In this document: piece after piece, positions 47,365 through 51,211 of the stretch
Layout of the letters: each line of letters begins with the position of its first letter
Position numbering within the stretch: the stretch's first letter is position 1
Source of the DNA: Chromera velia
Lineage: Eukaryota
Assembly (NCBI GenBank): GCA_018398765.1
Contig: JAHBMJ010000301.1
Coordinates: 1 to 51,211, forward strand
DNA length: 51,211 nt
Reading direction: 5' to 3'
Translations under genes and position numbers: made by a program
The notes under the pieces: model-generated
What the model was told of the DNA's origin: nothing
The model's input: the letters and a program-made list of their open reading frames with translations, nothing else
Databases searched by the model: none

Positions 47365-50300
47365 ACGGGAGAGTGCAATGACAGCGCCTGCCCCTTCGCT
47401 CACGGGTCCTCAGATCTCCGATGCACCGGCGGCTTCTTCAAGGTAAGTGTGTGTTTGTGCAACCGAACTAGTGGAATTCCGTAAAGATGCTGCTCACCCT
47501 TATAACCTTCTACGTGTGTGCGTTGTGGGGTCTTCCTGCTGATGTGATGCGGGGGCTGCTGTACGATTGTGCGTGAGAAGTCGATCATCCGGCCTGCCCG
47601 TCTCGCTGTCTTTGCATGCCTGACGACTATCCAGATCCAAGCAGGTCAATTGACGCACGCAGATTTTGATTGCCTGCGACCATCCAGATCCGAGCAGAGC
47701 CCTGTTGTTGCTGTATACCAGGACGGAGGGGGGGAAAAGTTCTAATGCACTCCCTTCGCTGGGCGTGCTGATGTCCGCGCTGTCCCCTGCTGCATCTGTA
47801 TGTGCATGTGCGTGTAAATGCAGACGAAGTTGTGCAATATGTGGAAGAAGGGGAGGTGTGATGCCGGACAGCTATGCCGGCACGCGCACGGACACTCAGA
47901 GCTTCGCATTTCAAGGTCAGACAAGAGAGCGAGAGAGAAACCTAAGCAAAGAAGAAGCTGCCAAGTTCCCCTCGTCTGAACATCTCATGGCAGGAACATT
48001 TCCTTGGAGAGAAGCAAGACGAGAAAATGATGGGGTAGATTCTCTTCATTGGCAGCGCCTCCTCCATGTGAATGGTTTTTTTTCTATTTTCACCGGTGAT
48101 TTGTTTATGTCCTCACTGGTCATTTCTTGCTGTGTATTGTTTTTGACAGAAAAAGCGTGTCCTGCTCATTGCCCCTTGGAGTGCGCGTTCTTTCGGTGTG
48201 TCGATTCTTCAACTTCATTGGCTCTGTAGCCCCTTGAGTCTTCCCCCCGGCATCTCTAAGCAGCAAGGGTCAACCAGCCTGCTTCGGAGCGTCTTGACAT
48301 TTCTTATTTTTCTTTCTTTGTTCTGTGTGTGGCAGGAATCTTCTTATTTTTCCTTCTGTGTTCTGTGTGTGGCAGGAATCTTCAACAAGCAGCGAAGACT
48401 GTCTCTGCCGAGCCTCAACCTCTGGTCGCTCTCGCAGAGAAGCTCCAGAAGGTGGAGCGAGACAGCGGGGTGGTCTCGCACACTGCCGGCCACAAGGGGG
48501 AGAGAGAACGGGGAGGGGAAAGGAACAGGGGGGACTTTCATTCGAGCGGCAGTAGACCAGCAGCAGGAAGAAGGGAAAAGGGACAAGCGAAGGCACGGGG
48601 GAAGGAAAATGTGAGGAGCCCCCAAAGGAAAAACGGAGCAGAGAACGCTGTGGTTACCACCACCGACAACAGCAGCAGTGTTTGGCAAAGAGGGAGGATA
48701 GATGACGGACCTGTGCAGCCACCGAGTGTGCCGTCGCATGTGGGGGGTCCTTCTTCTTCGTCTTCTTCGTCTTCTCAGATTCCACCTAGCTCACAAAGCA
48801 CTGTGGTCGTAGCATCAGGTGACTACCCACGTTCTGTCCCGTCTCCGCCGCCCCCAATTCCTCGGGATGCTCTGGCCTTTCCCCCTCTTCCCGTCTCCGT
48901 CTCCCAGGAGCACGAAAGGGAAAGACACCGACGGAATCGGAGTCGCTCCAGTACAGTCCTGCATCAGCATCACCAGCCGCGGACAAGGAGAGACACAGCA
49001 GGAGGAGATCAGAACGACCCTGTTTTTGTTATCGACTCCAGAGAGGGTCCCGCTCATTACCCGTCTCCTGCAAGTACTGAAGAAGCCAGGGGGGTTTCAG
49101 GAGAAAGCCTGGCGAGAACAACTACAGCTCCCTGGCCGTCTCCAGCCTCGACTACGTTCCTTTCCTTCCACCCGGACGATTCACGCCACTCCCCCTCGTC
49201 GGCATCTCCTCCCTCACACACTGACATGCGGCCTCCTCCTCCTCCTCCTTCCACTCCACCCCCTTGGAGGCACCCACACGCACACGGCCACACTCACCCA
49301 GTGGCACCCGTTTCCACCCCTGCACCTCCCCCCCCTCCCCCCAATGCCTCCCAACTTCAGTGTGACCCCTGGCAGCCTCCAGGAAGACAGCCGGGTACTG
49401 AGACAGGGTCCGTCTCTCTCTCTCAAACAACAACCGAGGACACCCAAAACGAGAACGAACGCGAGACACCACCACTTCCCCCAAGCCCTCCATTCTCTGC
49501 GTGGGAGACCAACCAAAGCAATCACCCGACCCGACCACCACCCCCACCGCCACCCCCGCGTGTCTCCACCTCCTCTCCAAGCTCTTCACCCCACCCCCTT
49601 CACCACCAACGCCCCCCCCACCCCCCACCCCGTGTCTCTTCACATAACCCCCAGGCAGCTGTCCAACCACATCACCCAAATTCCATCTGGGACCACGCCG
49701 ACCGTTCCTCTCCCTCTGCCCCCGTCTCCTCCAACCCCCCTAGTGGTGACATGAGCGAACCGCACAGCACCGCTCCACAGGGATCTCTCCGAGCATCCCA
49801 CATGCACTCGCATGTAAAGGAAGCCGGAGGAGGCCCTCCACTTCACCCCCTCAAACCGCATCTTTCTGCAGAATCCTCTTCAGCTGCGAGGCAGTCCAGA
49901 CCAGACCCTCACCAGCACAGAGAGAGAGGCCAAGGAGATATGCAATGGGAATATGCGGGTGGTGTCATGCACAAGACAGAGAAGGAGAAAGAGCAACTGC
50001 CGTCTTCATTCCCACACACACAGCAGTCCTTTTCTTCAACTGAGTTCGGAATTGACTTTAGGCCTTCAGGCTTCAACGCAGCAGTCGGAGGTCCTCCTTC
50101 TTCGTCTGCTTGTGGAGGCGTGAGCGCTGCCTCCCCTGTGAGTACTGCAGTCTCTGTCTCCGTCTCCGGGATGAAAACATCTCACAGGGATGGGGGTGGA
50201 AAACGGATGAGTGGTGAGGGTCTCATCGGACACGGAGAGGCGGTTGCCCCTCTTCCCGCACCGGCCTACGGAGTGCCCCCCCTGTCTCCAGCCGAATCGT

Positions 50301-51211
50301 CATGTGCCGCAAGGTCCCTAGGATCTCACAGGTCCCACACGCACACACCCAGCAACCCACTGCTCCACCCACCCCACGCCTATGGAGCGTCCCCCGTGGT
50401 TGAAGAGAGAAGAACTTTGCCCCCCGTGGGTCCTTCCTCGTCTTCCATTTCACCCAGCAGTAGCGCAGGGAGCGGTAGACCGGGAACGGGTCCCATCACG
50501 CCCAGCAGATCATGTCTCGGGGGTCCTCCCACAGATGTGCCCCCCCATCTCCCTCATGCCGCCGCCACGAGGAACCTGAGCAGCAGCACCTTTGCTGTGT
50601 CCTCACAAGTCCCCCTGCATCAGCAAACCCGTCGTGCAGTCCCCACAGCAGAAACACCGGGGACCTACTGCGAAGACCAAGCCCAGGCGACGGCAGCCCA
50701 ACAGCAGCAGTCGTACCGCCACCACCACCAGCATTTCGCGGTGGAACCTGAAGGAACGATGACCTCTGTTTCTTCGCTTTCTGACAGCAGGAAAGGCACC
50801 AATGGGTACTCGACTGTATCCGAATCCCACACCCACTCTGATATTTGGGGGCCGAGGGTGGGTTTGAGTGCACACAGTGGGAGTAGGGGCATGAACGTAG
50901 AGGGCCGACAGATGAGAAGCGGAGGACAGGAGCCGCTTCCCTCTTCCTCGTTTGACGGACCCAAGAGCTCCACCGACGCACAGGCCCTTTCCGCCTCCCT
51001 GGGCCCATCGGGGCTTCACACAGGTCCTGTTGGTGCCCCCTTTCCCCTCCTTTCGAAAGCCTATTCCCACAGGGAGAGTTCCTCCCATCCTTGTGATGAT
51101 CTGCAGCAAGGACAAGGGGGTGTTCTGCTTTCTGCTTCCGCTTCTTCACCTGAAGGGCACGGAGGTCGGGGGGAAGAGTCAGAATCGAGGTTGGGGATGA
51201 ATACGTCGACA
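46015..51211 (+). CDS. Triple CCCH zinc-finger protein (TIS11/ZFP36-like fingers) with long disordered P/S/H/Q-rich C-terminus; runs off the right edge
   Basis: Exons 46015-46164, 46579-46593 (WYKTK), 46927-47052 (MCPFFERGRCYYQDSCCYAH...KTSLCKKFAK), 47365-47442 (TGECNDSACPFAHG...FFK), 47824-47915 (TKLCNMWKKGRCDAGQLCRHAHG) and 48376-end. The last frame (945 codons) was read open at both ends; its absence from the ORF track fits having no stop in the window. Confidence 0.88.
48301..48380 (+). repeat. 40-bp tandem duplication spanning a 3' splice site
   Basis: ttcttatttttctttctttgttctgtgtgtggcaggaatc followed by ttcttatttttccttctgtgttctgtgtgtggcaggaatc. Confidence 0.9.

Noticed and set aside
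48819..49754. 311-aa plus-strand ORF and nearby minus-strand ORFs
   Set aside because: Out-of-frame shadows of the long terminal exon that starts at 48376.

Overview
Intron-rich, microsatellite-rich eukaryotic genomic DNA from an alveolate. The apicomplexan-type ATP synthase subunit d, TGCATGCA-rich promoters and expanded CKECGGKSICEHGR repeat proteins point to a chromerid such as Chromera velia (inference). In order, the window holds: a long multi-exon membrane-protein gene (minus, runs off the left edge) head-to-head with a 4-exon mitochondrial ATP synthase subunit d gene; a ~0.9-kb dispersed repeat followed by an AT/TpA-rich island with a MITE; a small multi-exon gene with an acidic/NLS tail; a decayed RTEX-like LINE (APE+RT+CCHC, three in-frame stops); a divergent pair of intronless CBM20-like/18-aa Cys-His repeat genes bracketed by a perfect 315-bp inverted repeat; a second copy of the dispersed repeat with more MITE-like elements; a ~7-kb stretch with no supportable gene; and a head-to-head pair of tandem CCCH zinc-finger genes. 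The best candidate for a new system is the inverted pair of modular Cys/His repeat genes, whose repeats vary mainly at a few fixed positions and whose 3' ends are homogenised. A possible RIP-like CpA>TpA mutation signature in the repeats is second. Gene models were built by hand from GT-AG and phase consistency; no database searches were run.
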